A stretch of DNA of 52,968 nucleotides, counting the filler, from Catajapyx aquilonaris (lineage: Eukaryota): NCBI GenBank assembly GCA_000934665.2. It is 3 parts of 3 records of this genome, joined end to end, with 100 filler letters (N's around TTAATTAATTAA, not from the genome) between each part and the next. Parts side by side here need not be neighbours in the genome. Positions count along the whole stretch, not along the records: positions 17,720 to 35,309 come from JYFJ02006919.1; positions 35,410 to 52,968 come from JYFJ02006920.1; 1 more part is not named here. One strand, given 5' to 3'. This document shows positions 34,626 through 48,047 of the stretch, piece after piece. How positions within the stretch are numbered: the stretch's first letter is position 1; each line of letters begins with the position of its first letter. The translations under genes and the position numbers were made by a program. Under the pieces are notes generated by a model that made no database searches, had not been told where the DNA came from, and worked only from the letters and a program-made list of their open reading frames with translations.

Positions 34626-35309
34626 ATGTTGATTATGTTTCGACCACTTCCAATGACCGACAAAAATTATCCAAAAAAAGGCCAAACTGTCAAAATTTCG
34701 CGATTTTTTCCCTCCCCACGGCATTTCGCAATTTGGCTGAAACTTGAAGCACTTGAAGTGTTACGTTATAGGAGTGTACAGCTGTGATTATTTTCAGAAA
34801 AATCCGAGCTGGTCTAGCAACATTAGTCCCACTTGATTGGCAAAAACTGCTACAATTGAGGATTCTGGGTTTTTGACTGCCCCGAGGTCAAAAACAAATC
34901 AAAGACAAAATGAATGGTCATTAGGAGTTACGAGTGACCTTAAGAAGGAACATGGAAATAGCAATAAATCCATGGACAAATATCGTGTTGCATAGTGTAA
35001 TCAATTATTATCTGTTCTAAGAGCATGCCATGAATCGCCACAATTTTCACTAAAAGTTGTTAATAATAATAATTACATGTGAAAAACGAAGCTCACTTTT
35101 GTCTTCTATAATTCATTCTGGTATTGCAAAAAACTGGTTTGATGTTGGCAATTATTTCCATTTTTAATACTTGAAAATGTCCACATGTGTGCTTAGGAAT
35201 TCTCGTATACTTTATAATGTAGGCCTACTATAAATTATTATGGGACTGAAATGTCAAGGGTATAGCACATACAGGAAAATCACTTTGTTCTTTTTATGCA
35301 CATGCAAGT

Positions 35310-35409
35310 NNNNNNNNNNNNNNNNNNNNNNNNNNNNNNNNNNNNNNNNNNNNTTAATTAATTAANNNNNNNNNNNNNNNNNNNNNNNNNNNNNNNNNNN
35401 NNNNNNNNN
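35310..35409. other. Assembly gap with synthetic TTAATTAATTAA linker
   Basis: 100-nt N run with central spacer. Confidence 0.95.
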
Positions 35410-35684
35410 TCCCCCGTGTAAAGACAAGGATTATGTATTTTTATATGGTACCACATGGTTCATTTTTTTAAATAGAGACATGTGCCGCAAGGGTAGAAGG
35501 ACCTATCAACCAAACAAGGAACATGTGTGCAAAGTGGCTTCCTTGCATCACAAAAATGCTGTTATTTTTTGACGTACCGCGGGGACAATGCCTGCTTCAC
35601 TCAAACTCCGTGACCCAGACCACTTAACTGCCAATGACCATTTCCCCCTGCAATTAGACACAGCCCCCTTTTCCACTATCGGCC

Positions 35685-36514
35685 CAGGGCCACCTAGAGA
35701 CAAGGCCGGGGCGCGGGAACGGGTGGATCGCTGTGACGTCACGCTAGGGGGCTAGCTTTCCCATAAGCGGGCTATGGCGGGAGCACGTTTTTGTACACAT
35801 TTCAGCGAATTTCGTCATACCAATGCATCGGAGGCCCATGACACCCTCTAATTGATGTCAGGGAAAGAATGTGGGGATTCCAACGGCACCAAATTCGATT
35901 TAGTATGTGTGCAATGTGTCTGCATATTCGGCGATATATAAGACGAAGGATGTCAGTCATGAGGAAGAAGTGCAGGAATAATTAATAACAATGGGGTTTT
36001 AAATTATAAAGTATTAATTTTAATATTATTTCATCTTTCCTATTTTGCGGAAAGAGTCCAAACGTAACATGCAAGTTATACTCATAAGCATTGAACCAAA
36101 ATTAGCACATTACACAACATAATACCATTTAGCTCTTGATAATTACATACAGTACATACCCAACACTTGTAGGCCAATTGTGCAACAATTTTGTAGATCA
36201 GTGTTATCTAAATCAGAGTGGATAATTTCGAGGGAATAAGTGATTGACATCTGGACGAAGGACAGCTGGGTTCTTCCCCACCATTTACTACTGTCAAACA
36301 AAAACATGTGCGATTTTTTCACATCGTTGGAATCACCAAATCATTCCCCAGATATCAATTAGAGGGTGCTATGATCCTCCGGTGCATTGGCATCAAAATA
36401 ATAAAGAAAACGTGTACAAAAATGTGCTCCCGCCATAGTCCGCTTACGGAGGAGCTCGCCCCCTAGCGTGACGTCATGATTCCGGCGCCCGGGCCTTGTC
36501 TCTAGGTGGCCCTG
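35685..36514. mobile_element. MITE with about 110-bp TIRs (CAGGGCCACCTAGAGACAAGGCC)
   Basis: Reverse complement ggccttgtctctaggtggccctg ends at 36514; TSD not evident. Confidence 0.75.
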
Positions 36515-36981
36515 ATTGAACCCGGGACCTTAACTTCCGTGGGCGCGCGCGTTACCGCGGCGCCACTCCGTCTCCTATGTACGCACATTATGTGACAGTA
36601 ATAGAATCTGCAGGGGAAATGGTGGCACTGTCAGGTTCAAATTCCGTCCCTTACCATGGTCGGGTATTTCAAGAAAATCAAAGGATGTAACAGTTATGGC
36701 AACTCACTGCACGGTAGAGTCAGTAATATATTACTGATGAATGGGCAGGTGGGTGAATCCTGCATCTACTGTAAGACTAAACTTCTGCAAGTTACTTAAT
36801 ATTTTTTGTTTGGAAAGCGTCTTTTCAGAGCGTGCCGCATAAGTTACGTTTACCAATCATTAGACGACAATTAATGAAGTAGGCTATTTTCCTGTGGTTA
36901 GATGACCCGAGTAACACCAATGTAGGCCGGGCTATCGATTCGGATATGACTTAGGCGTATCTAAGTTGGTCTCTCAGATAA

Positions 36982-37290
36982 CCGAAGCAGGTTGGTGGAG
37001 TAGATAAGGCGTCCGACTGCTAATCGGGAGGTCCTGGGTTCGAGTCCCGGGGCCGGCGATCCTGACCATGGTTTTCTGTGGTTTCCCACGGTCCTCACAG
37101 GAAAATTCCTGGGTCGCTTCCGCAAATAATAGGCCACAGCCCAGCCGCCCCCTTCCTTTCCTATCCTTGACCCATCCATGGGAGGTGCAGTGTAGGTGCG
37201 GAGTTTCTGACCCGCACCTATAGGGGTTGGCTTGCTCCCTTAAGGGAGCCAATGACTCCAGCACGGGGTAGCAAATAAATTTAAAAAAAA
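36982..37290 (+). mobile_element. tRNA-derived SINE with A tail
   Basis: A box tggtggagtagataagg; anticodon-like stem-loop tccga-ctgctaa-tcggg; B box ggttcgagtccc; TSD aagttggtctc (36963-36973, 37290-37300). Confidence 0.85.
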
Positions 37291-37817
37291 AGTTGGTCTC
37301 AGAGTGAGTTGGAAGTAGAAGAGAAACACATTGTAGCTCGTCACAGCCACTTTTAACATTCGCTTCTCTGATTGTCACGAGATTTCTGGGCACGTAATAA
37401 TGGATTCACAAAATATGACTGAACGCTTGGGTTTCTTTAAGTGCAGTGTTCAACGTTATGCATTATTCTATTCTTCGGCTTGTACGTAACAAGATATTAA
37501 GGCCATCATGTATAGGATAGCGATACACTGAAGCGGTTTGACATTTTACTGGAAAATATTATAGCTGGTGATGTTCTTACATGGAGTGTATAATGAGCTG
37601 AGGCGCCGTTTACCTTATTTGAAATCAATATCTCTAAGCTTGGAGAGGCAAGGCCAAAAGTTGTAAGTGATTTCAAGTGCATACTGAACGCCTGTGGTTA
37701 AAAATTGCGAAATTATAATTACTTTTAGAGCGTGCATCTGTAAGACTGGATAAGATTTTAAGCACTGTACCAGTATACAGCTTGTATAGGGTGGTAGGGG
37801 GTGCGTATGGAAGAGGG

Positions 37818-38253
37818 ATGGCATGGGTCCGAATGGCCGGCGGCGATCCGTTTTGGAGATGTCGACCGTTGCTCAACCGGCCTGTCCCGGCAACCAGCAA
37901 TGCAGGCATGTACCCCCGCGAGCATAAAGATGGAGACGGCAGGCCCTTTTTTGACCTTTCTTTATCCGACTCAAATTAATGAACTATTTTTGGACTGAGT
38001 TAGCTGCATCAGGCGTGTGTTCGTGTATTTATGACAGTATATTTGATACCGTAATTGCTGAAATTGGCCGAGCAGCCTGCCGAAGGTGAGGGCCTGCCGT
38101 CTCCATCTTTATGCTCGCGGGTGTACATACTTGTCAAGATAGACATCGTCGAAGTCTACGTCGTGGCCGGATTTTCCGACCCATGCCATGCTTCTTCTAC
38201 ATGCAGCCTCTACTACCTGTATAATTTTGGACGATGAATTCACATTCACCCTG
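37818..38253. repeat. Inverted-repeat element with mariner-like CACCCTG|TA end
   Basis: cgcgagcataaagatggagacggcaggccct (about 37917-37947) vs agggcctgccgtctccatctttatgctcgcg (about 38089-38119). Confidence 0.6.
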
Positions 38254-40189
38254 TATAATATTGGGCATCTCGATCGAGGGGCAAGATTTGCGATAGCCTA
38301 ATGAAAAGGACATGGATACTTGCACAATAATCGTCAAGGAAACAAAATTGTTCTGGCATAAATTTTGTCCAGAACAAAAATTATGCCAGTGAAAACAGGC
38401 TTTGACAGCAATTAATATTTTGGTACCGTAGTTGATTAATGGCTTTGATGGTAAAAAAGAACCAGATAGCCAGCCATCAAAAGCCTTTCTTAAAATAATG
38501 TTGTGAAATATAGGGATATGAAAATCTTCTAAATAATATTATGTGGCCTCTTTACTCATAAAATGGCGTCATAGTTTATCGAAAAAAATCATGTAGACAT
38601 CACGTATATAAAAATTGATTTAACAAAGAATAAAATGACATGTTAAAATATTTTATAAGTGCAGTATTTTGTTGCAACGAATTTCGCCTACGAATGTCTC
38701 GTTTTTATGACTTTTAATAATTAACTTGTACTTCCTTCATCACTGACCATTAACTACTTATCAATTTCATATGGAGATGTGATATTGCGTGTTTGTTTGC
38801 GAATGACTAAATGTTTGATCGTTTTGTTTTATAAACTTATCTTGTGTATTGAACCCAAGGCGTGGGGGAATATATTGCAGTGCATCATCAGAACAGATTT
38901 CTCACTTACCGACGCGTCGGTAAGTGAGATATCTTTTTCGTCCTATATCCTCCTATATCCTCGTATATGGGCTTTATATATACTGGACTTCCCGCAAGCG
39001 ATTGCCGTCGTTTAAATTTTGAGGTTCGCTTTATTTCAAAATTGTTAATTTGCCCCCACCTTAAAAGTGATACAGCGTTGAAACCAAGTCAGAACAAACA
39101 CTCATATTCGAGCACAAATCAGCACAAACGATTGACATCGTTGAAATTTGAAAGTGGTGGGGCCAAGATAACGCCATAACGGACCTCCTCCCCCTGGCAA
39201 AAGCTCATTTGTAGCGAATAAGTCTCAGCTTCGACACCCAGGTCCAAATCCATCCTACTCGTTTACTTAGTCATAGTGTATCACAGTTACCATAGACGCG
39301 ATCTAATAGCTGTGAGCCTGTGATCTAAATTAGATCACAGCTACTAAGATCGCACTTAGTGTCCTCCGCGGTGCTCCATATGAACCGAGTTAGGCGAACC
39401 GCCCGAGCGGCCTTATCTTCGTTAATTTTAAGTGATAAATGATGGAAACGATGGCGGCTAAGTATAAACGTCGGGGACTACTTTTCGATTTACAATGCGA
39501 GTCTTCAATGTTGTGGTAGGATCGTCTCACTCACTGATGGAAGGTTACACGGCTTCTTGAACACCCGGTGTATTGATCTGTGGTACTTGTAGCGCCTCGT
39601 CCTTTACAGATATCGTAAAACAATAATTTTCATCAGATCCCTTTATTATAAATCAATACCGTCTATTTTGTCATTCTGTCCGTATTCCAGCATAAGGTTG
39701 GTAATCTCTCCAGTGTCAGCCTTCCTACTCGCTGCAGGTACTGCTCATACAAAAGGCTTCCCCGGCTATACCGCCCAACATTTCTGCCATACCACCACAT
39801 TCAGCATCAGGGTTTCAATTATTTACACACACACGAGCTCGCGTACACAACTCTTCCTCCACAGATATGTAGATAACGGAAAAATTATTGTGATCATAAG
39901 AAAAAATTGTTGGTAATAAGGAGAAGGGCGAATTAACCGTTTTAGAAATTTTAAAGGAGAGGTAAAAATAGGTTGAAAAGACGAGGGCCAGTCAAAATAA
40001 ATTAAGACTGATTTTTTATGTGACAAAGAGAATCAGTTAATGACTGGCTGTGAATGGTAGCGTGTCCAGTATGGATCGATGTATTAGAACACCTATTATT
40101 GTTCAAATATTCCGCGATCTCAGGCAATGGTGACACCGGAAGTTCACATTCGTCTCCGCACTGCCAGGAGGTCGGCGCGCGGCGGTGAG

Positions 40190-40520
40190 ACACAATATTC
40201 AGCGTTGAGGTTTTGCTTTCGTTTGAATAAAACAACCACAGAGGTGTACGACATGCTAAAATTGTGAACGGCAGACACTGGCCACCATGTGAGGCCACAA
40301 GACGTTGCAACTCTTCGCAAACATCCACCAGCATCTGCCTCTCTTCTAGAGTCAACAGTCTGGGGCCCCATCGCATCGGGTGCAAACGCATCGCATGTGA
40401 AAATGGTCAATTCAATATCGTGTGGGCACTAGCACTGGATGTACCACACAGTCTGACAAGGTCATCGACGGTTATGAGGTGATCTTCCCCGACAATCACT
40501 GCATACTCGTAGGTGGTGTT
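40190..40520 (-). pseudogene. Decayed mariner transposase fragment
   Basis: EDHLITVDDLVRLCGTSSASAHTIL resembles the second HTH; RWGPRLLTLEERQMLVDVCEEL matches the WVPxxL linker; stop codons present. Confidence 0.65.
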
Positions 40521-42744
40521 AATGGCGGGTAAAGAGAATTTCGAAGTAAAATTCTCGCTAACAATAGCTGTGTAACAATTCTGTGTAAGTGTAACTGACC
40601 CCTCTCTTACACGTGTCCGGGTTTTTATATTTTTAAATAAGTTGAATGCGGAAGTAATATACATCGTTGTGAAATTTAAAGCGAAGTCGTAACAATCACC
40701 AAAAAATGCGCAGAATCCGGATCCGGATCCTACTTTTAAGTTTAGCTACCTATTTTCGGCAAATAATAACACTGTTCGACAAGGGTATTTTTCTCAGGTT
40801 CTGATATGTGTTTCAATAAGGGATTTCGCCGATGATTCCAAATCTGTAATTAGAATTGTGCTGTCAGGCACAGTTTTTGAGATATATCGTTTTAAAACTA
40901 TGAACGGTTTACTTGGGGTCTTTCCGAATCAAGTGGGCCTAAATGTTGCTAGACCGTCTCGGATATTGGTGAAAATAATCGAAGATGTACTCAACTATTC
41001 CTTAAAGCTGCTTATAAAGTTTCAGCCATATTGCGCAATACCATGATGAGGGAAAAAATCCCAAAAATCTGAACAAGGCTGAAAATGAGGCCTTTTTTTT
41101 TGGAGAATTTCCTTCGGTTAGTGGAAGTGGTCAAACCCCAATGAGCATAATTATACGGTACGTATATCAAAAGAAGGAGAAACCCCAGGAAAATGCGCCT
41201 ATATGGAATTAGTTTTCCTCTAAAAGGTAAAAATAAATTTTTATAGCATTTCATTGGTCACTTGCTCAGTCACATGCCTAAGAATGGGAACCTCAACAAT
41301 TAGTGATGTATTTGCGTTACATCAGTCATATTTTTGGTGACACTATAGTTGTGACCAAATGACAAATGAAGCAGGTAAGCGAGGATGAAAGTTAGATGCT
41401 GGTGCCATTTTGGAAAGGTCCTGGAACTGATCTCTGGAAACACATTGAAAGCCCGTAATCAGGATGGTCAGTACCGACATTCCAATACGGAACCTCCCGA
41501 ATAGCAGCCTCAGGATATAACCACGGCACTAGGCTACTATTCGGCTGCTGAAAGTCTTCAAGGTGAATGGAAATTTCGCATAACTTATCTGACTATTCAG
41601 ATGAAATAATGCATTTTCTACCTTCAGGGTAGGCCTACTTACGTTGCTTCCTGGAATGTGAATCGTGAAACAATACTCATAATGATTGGGCGCAGTACTT
41701 TCTTACCTGAAAAGCGTGTGAAAAGCTGAACGTTTTCTTACCACTGCATCAGAGCTAATCAGAGCCCCAGATTTGTGCGCACACTGCAAGAAATACTACC
41801 AATAGTATGGCAAGTGAAGTGGATGTGAAAACTAAACGTAAGCTGTTTAAAAATGTTTGTAAATGTCTAAATCAAGTGGGTTAATTAGCTGCGGTAAAAA
41901 GAGGCGACAGACGTCTACCAAAATTGCATGGAAATCTTTAAACGCCTGGTTCCAATCCACCTCTGTAGGAAATTAAACTGATCATCCAAGTCAATGTATT
42001 GTTTAAGTCAATGGAAGTAAATTTAAATTATGCTCTCTCAATGGCACCTTACACGACGATGTGAAATATGAAGAATTGAATCATATTGATATTGACATAA
42101 TGAAGGATTTTAAATATATTTACACAAGTGATAATATGTAGCGTAAAATAATAAAATGTTTAAGCCAAATCGGAGGTTACCACCCTTGGTCATTCCCTTT
42201 GAGTTGGATATTGTCAGCAAGGAAAATGCCCCATTTTTAGGTCCATAACACCTACGAAAGAATGCAACAACAATAACAATCATATGATAATTTTTCAGTA
42301 GCTTTATTGTTGGACGCTGACTTGACATCAGGTGTAGAAAAACTTGCAACCAACAAACCCTTCCAGGTTCCAGCCATCGTCCTAACTGGAAGGCCTTGTT
42401 GGGCGCCGTCTTGATGAGGTCACCGAGAGATGTTACTCAATGCATGGTGCGAGAAAATATTAATAACTATTTCAGAAGGTTTTTTTTATTACAGTTTGCA
42501 ATGTGCCTAAGGAAGCAAAGTGACAGGAGATGAGCAAATGTACGTGTATGGTTTCCTTCTGTCCATGTGCAGCAGCTGTAAATGAGAAATACCAGCAATG
42601 CGTCAAGTAATTGAACAAGACGTGTGACTTTACGTGTTATAGGCCTACAGGTGCACTGCGCAACATGCGCAGTGCACCTGTAGGCCTATAACACGTGAAG
42701 TAGCAGTAGGACGGGTAATTGCTCCTTGACAGTGTACTTGCCTA

Positions 42745-43465
42745 GCGCAGTAGCAAAAATACAGTAAACCAGATTGCTATGCAGCTATAGCAGTCGAAGT
42801 GAGCCTACCGATTGTAGGACAGCAATAGGAAGCAATTGTTGGCACCTCTCAAACAATCCCCGTCCCGTTGCTATGCCGCCTTCCCGCCCTACATTTGAAC
42901 CTTATAGACTCACCTCCAGCCTCGTATCTCTCCCACAACAATCGGCGCCCATGGCGACGACCCCAACAAACTAGTTTATAAACAAGTTTGTTGGGGTCGA
43001 ATCCTCCTATGCTGCATACATACAGTATATGTACGCAGCATAGGAGGATTCGACATGTCTACGATTCTGCAGCCGTACGGCCTCAAAAATGGTTCAATCG
43101 ACACCATCGACACAGAAATTGCACCAAAAAATAGTAGATGAAGGGCATCTAGTTCGTATTTTTTTCCATTTTCGGCCAAGAAATGTCAGTTGCGGCTAGT
43201 TGAAGTGAGAGGAAAATGGCGCTTCTGAAAAGTCAATTTGAATAACATGACGAAGAAATCACGACAAAATCGTACGTACGCTTCTGCAGCCGTATATGTC
43301 TGCAATGATTTTAATGCGATGGTGTCGAGTATGGTAGTAATGGTAGGCATGGTAAAAGCCAAACCTTTGCGCCTAGTTAGTGTTTTTCCGGATTAACGAC
43401 GCGTTTCGCCACAAAAATTAAGTTCCTTACGAAATGAGTTCTACCGTATTTTTGTTACTGAGCCC
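42745..43465. mobile_element. Short-TIR element containing internal palindromes
   Basis: gcgcagtagcaaaaatacagta vs taccgtatttttgttactgagc. Confidence 0.5.
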
Positions 43466-43470
43466 CTTAA

Positions 43471-43857
43471 GGGTGGGATAAAGGTCCCGGCGCTTATGGA
43501 GGTTGACATGTTAAATGTCGGGCCTAATAACTCCGTAATTACTGAACAGAATGACATGAAATTTTTGACATAACACGACACAGCAACCCTTGTCACGGCG
43601 ATGTTGAGCGAAACCTGTTTTAGGGATTCAGTTAATTATGAAAACCACGAAACAGAGGAATTTGAAGGCATGTGAGGGAATAATGTCCTGTGAAGAATAA
43701 GGACCAAATGAGCAAAATCGCTCAACATAGCCGTGACAAGGGTTGTTGTGTCGTGTTGTGTGAAAAATTTCATGTCATTTTGTTCAGTAATTACGGAGTT
43801 ATAGGCCCGACATTTAACATGTCAACCTCCATAAGCGCCGGGACCTTTATCCCACCC
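43471..43857. mobile_element. TTAA-flanked MITE with GGG termini (Kolobok-like)
   Basis: TTAA|GGGTGGGATAAAGG...CCTTTATCCCACCC|TTAA; about 140-bp near-perfect TIRs. Confidence 0.85.
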
Positions 43858-45419
43858 TTAAGTCAGGAATTAAGTTAGGTTTGAAGGCTCATGATCAATG
43901 TAATATTTACGTTTCTAAAACAGTGATTCGATCAAGGAATGAGGTAATATACACCTTACCTAAACTGATAGTAACTAATTATTAACCTGGGTCTTCAGAG
44001 CAGTTTGAGTGAGGTTCATTCAGGATTATTCCTTTTCCTCCCACATTCCAAAAATCTTTCTTACCTTGACAGCTTCTTATGGGGAGCTCTTTTTCCTTTC
44101 CTGATCCCTCGTGGATTTGGTCATGATTACTCTGGTGCAGAGGAGACGAGGCTCTTAGGGGCCAGAACGCCTGCTCCCATTGAAACAATAACAACCTTGA
44201 ATTCCAATGAATTTCCCAACTAAAGATATTGCGAGTGACCCATTTTGACCTACTAGCACATGAAGTCAATATCTCAACCCATTTTGCAAAGCCTAGATCC
44301 TCCTGCATTAGTTCGAAATTATGAACATTATCATTTAATAAATTGTATAACTTCTAAAAAGTAGCTGTTCCTAAGTCACTCCATAAATCATAAACCATAA
44401 ATTTGCAGTTAGAGTAGGAAAATAAACAGGATCATCAAATGTTAAGTATTTCAACCATTTGGCAAACAACAATAGGGTGATTCATTTCCAGCATCTACAT
44501 GGCACCAGTGAGAAACAAGAAACTGCCATAATGAGTTATAGGCGTCTTCTAAACCAGCCATCCCGACACGAAATTGGCGTCCTGACTTTTAAGTTTAGTC
44601 CAGGAAAGCGTTCTGGCCTTTTGAAAACGACCTCTCCGCGGAATGGATGGTTTGAAAAGGAGCATTCCGCAGTCTGGACGTTTTTTTCTCCCAATGGCCG
44701 TTTTCGGGGTTTGAGCCTAACACATACACACTTATGTTTTTGTCGCAACGCCCTGTCCACGGGCGTGTGGGGAATGGCAGTTTCCCAAGGGAGGGCGCTC
44801 TTAAGTAGTTTCTAGTCATTACAGACCCTCATAGCGCCAGACCTTTTCTCCTGGCCCTGGTCAAAGTAGGGAGTGCGAGTCTATCCGGACAAGTCGGGTG
44901 AAAAGCTGAAAAAGACCCGACCAAGCGAAGGTGACGGGGACGGAATTAGAACCCCAAACCTCCAATAAGCCTATCGACTACTGGGATGTTTCTTTCATCA
45001 TGGCTTTACATGCCTCGAGCTGTGCCCAAGGTTCTAATACGTGGAACAGACAATGCCATAGACGGACCAATTAGGCATACGGCGATGCAATAGTGTCAGA
45101 TAGTAATAATCACAAGTATTTCAGAGACAGCCGTCCTTGGAAGACATGAAGGGTCGACGACCATGGCAACCGGGGCGGCGGCAACCTCGGTTCGGGTAAC
45201 CGGTATCTTGATAAGAAGTTGATAACCCCTCGGTATTTCTTTCCAACCAGAATAAGGGCGGAATTCCTTTCTCAATGAAGCAGGGCCGAAGTACGGTATA
45301 GGCTATAGGGTATTATTTGAAATTAAAGTACTGCACATTTGCTTATGGAATAGGCATCATATTATTACCAATTGGGCCCTTTCAGGCTTACACCGCGTGC
45401 GGGACAGACGTAACAAATA

Positions 45420-46097
45420 CAGGGTGATTACAAATGAATAGTACAATTACAAATGCATATAGCTCCGTACCTATCAATCGCACATGAACGTGTTATACAC
45501 CAAATGAAAGAGGAGGTTTTAAAGTTTATTTCATACCTTATAAATGTTCTATATGACTTCCCTTGGTCACTCGAGAAACGTCAATCCGATAGTGCAATTC
45601 CTCCTATACTCGTGCCAGCATGTCCGTTGTCACTGACTCAACCGCAGTAACAATGCGATGTTTGAGTTCATCCAGGGTTGTTGGCATCGGTAGCACGTAC
45701 ACAGCATCCTTAACGTACCCCCAAAGGAAGAAGTCGCATGACGTCAAATCCGGCGACCTTGGGGGCCAGCAGTAAAGCGCCAAGTCTTGCAGGTCACTGC
45801 GACCTATCCAACGACGAAGGAGCACATTGTTCAGAAACTGGCGAACATCTGAATGCCAGTGCATTGTTACTGCGGTTGAGTCAGTGACAACGGACATGCT
45901 GGCACGAGTATGGGAGGAATTGCACTATCGGATCGACGTTTCTCGAGTGACCAAGGGAAATTATATAGAACATTTATAAGGTATGAAAAAAACTTTAAAA
46001 CCTCCTCTTTCATTTGGTGTATAACACGTTCATGTACGGTTGATAGGTACGGAGCTATATGCATTTGTAATTATACTATTCATTTGTAATCACCCTG
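45420..46097. mobile_element. Tc1/mariner (rosa/DD41D-like) derivative built from two inverted 3' ends
   Basis: TA|CAGGGTG...CACCCTG|TA; about 238-bp arms; minus strand encodes RWIGR...WPPRSPDLTSCDFFLWGYVKDAVY. Confidence 0.9.
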
Positions 46098-46399
46098 TAG
46101 TTTTGACTCAATTTTATTGCACTCTCATCTTCATTGGGACGTTGGACCTTGTTCTATTGGATAGTTAATTTATTGCGATAACTGTCATAAAATAATCGCC
46201 CTTATTTCAGCAATGTCGCTATTTTTAATAGGTTTTTTCGAAGTACTAAAATTGTACGTATTGTTACACATTACGTTACAAATTGTACTGGGTGTTTCAC
46301 TATAGGTAGTCCTCCCAAAAATAGCTATATTTTTCTTCCAGCTTTACCTAGAAATGTGACGTTTGGTTTAAAACTTACCTTAGTTCCTGAGAATGTAGC

Positions 46400-46919
46400 A
46401 CCATTCGCAATAAATGCTGGAATTGACGACCTTCAAGGACCAACATATGCACTCGAACGCGACACGACGCGACGCAAACCTCCTTATTATCGAAGGTCCT
46501 CCGCACCATGTCCTCATCAACAGTCTGGATTGCTGCATTGATGTTGCTTTCTTTCCAAGTCTTCTAACATTGAGGCTTATTGTTGTAAGCACAATTCTTC
46601 AAATTCGCGGCTATTTGGCAGGTGATAACAGAATACGCAGTTTCTTGTGGCAAAACATTGTTAGTGACTTTTTCAGTCCCAGCTCCCAGCAGAATGTGCT
46701 TCACTTATTTGATTTTTTCTTCCTCTAAAGGAGGTCATCTGCCACTGCACCTGCACCGTATACGTATTGGTCCAAAACACTCAGTGCAGCAATCTGAACT
46801 ACTGATGCCAATATGCTGCGGAGGACCTTCGAAAATAAGATTTGCATCATGTCGCGTTCGAGTGAGTATGGTGGTCGTTCGTCGTTGCAGGTGAATTCCA
46901 GCATTTATTGCGAATGGTT
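46400..46919. mobile_element. MITE with about 145-bp imperfect TIRs
   Basis: accattcgcaataaatgctggaatt vs aattccagcatttattgcgaatggt. Confidence 0.75.
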
Positions 46920-47740
46920 CTGAGGTCAATTCACCGCGAGACCCCTTTCCCCCTGACCCTTGGGTTGTCATATTATGACGAAATTCGGAGTATCGGTTTA
47001 ATTACGCCCCACGAAAATACCATTTGCGCGGTTTTGCGATTTACCGCTCCTCCCCCCCCCCCCCCCCNGGGCATTTTTTGATTTTGTGATTTTTTTTTTG
47101 AAAATATGGTGTTTTTGATCGGTCATATCTCGTGAACCAATTGAGCTACAGACAAGACGTCTTCGACCACTCGATTTGAAGGGATTCGAGAGTCCAAAAT
47201 CTATACGTCAATCATAAAAATACGGATTGTGACCTTTTTTTTTTTTTTTGCAAAAATTGACCAAACATCCGATTTTTAAATATGTTGTAGCTAAGACCCT
47301 TTCTAACAACATAAAAAATATGTAGGTGGCAATTTTCAATTTAAGGAAGAAAATTGGATTTGAAGGTGTGCATGTGCGCCAAAATTATAGGGCGACAAAT
47401 CTCATATCGTTCAAGTTACGAGTCAAATATATTGGAAACAAATTGGTAGCAAGCCTTTTTTACGTACACTAATTCGACCCCTCTCATTTCGAAAATCGAG
47501 GTTAGAATTCTGGATTTTGGGTCCTTGTGACCCCAAAACAATATAGCGTCCAATGTTACGGCACTTCTCAGAATTAAAAGCTATTCGCGAATTTTTACCC
47601 AAAATGGGGCAAGTCAGGTATGGTTTTAGGAGTTTTCTGGATCGCTAAGGTCTTCCACGAGTGACCCAAAGTGACACGACGTCACCGGAAGTATAAAATT
47701 TGAAATGGCGGGCAGTGCTACGGACTTGAAATGTCTCGAT

Positions 47741-48047
47741 TATAGCACACACATAAGACAGTCACAGAATACGTTTTGTCTGGGAATATTATACAATATT
47801 ACATTATTACAAACATGAAGTTACAATGAAGCGCTATGACATACATCCATGTTAGTAATGCTACCCCAATACAAAAGACACACAGGTATACCGGTACCAA
47901 AGATATACACGTACGCAATGCTTGACGTGCCAGTAAGTTCTGAATCCTGTCTGATGATTAGAATCAAAGACTATGTATTTTGTCATAATGTAACACATAA
48001 TATTACCAGACACAACGTATTCTGTGACTGTCTATTGTGTGCATTAT
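47741..48047. repeat. Small inverted-repeat element
   Basis: agacagtcacagaatacgtt vs aacgtattctgtgactgtct. Confidence 0.6.

Noticed and set aside
36985..37060. tRNA-Ser(GCT)-like gene (also about 49100-49175)
   Set aside because: No long variable arm or clean acceptor stem; continues into a repeated body with tail and TSD, so it is a SINE head.
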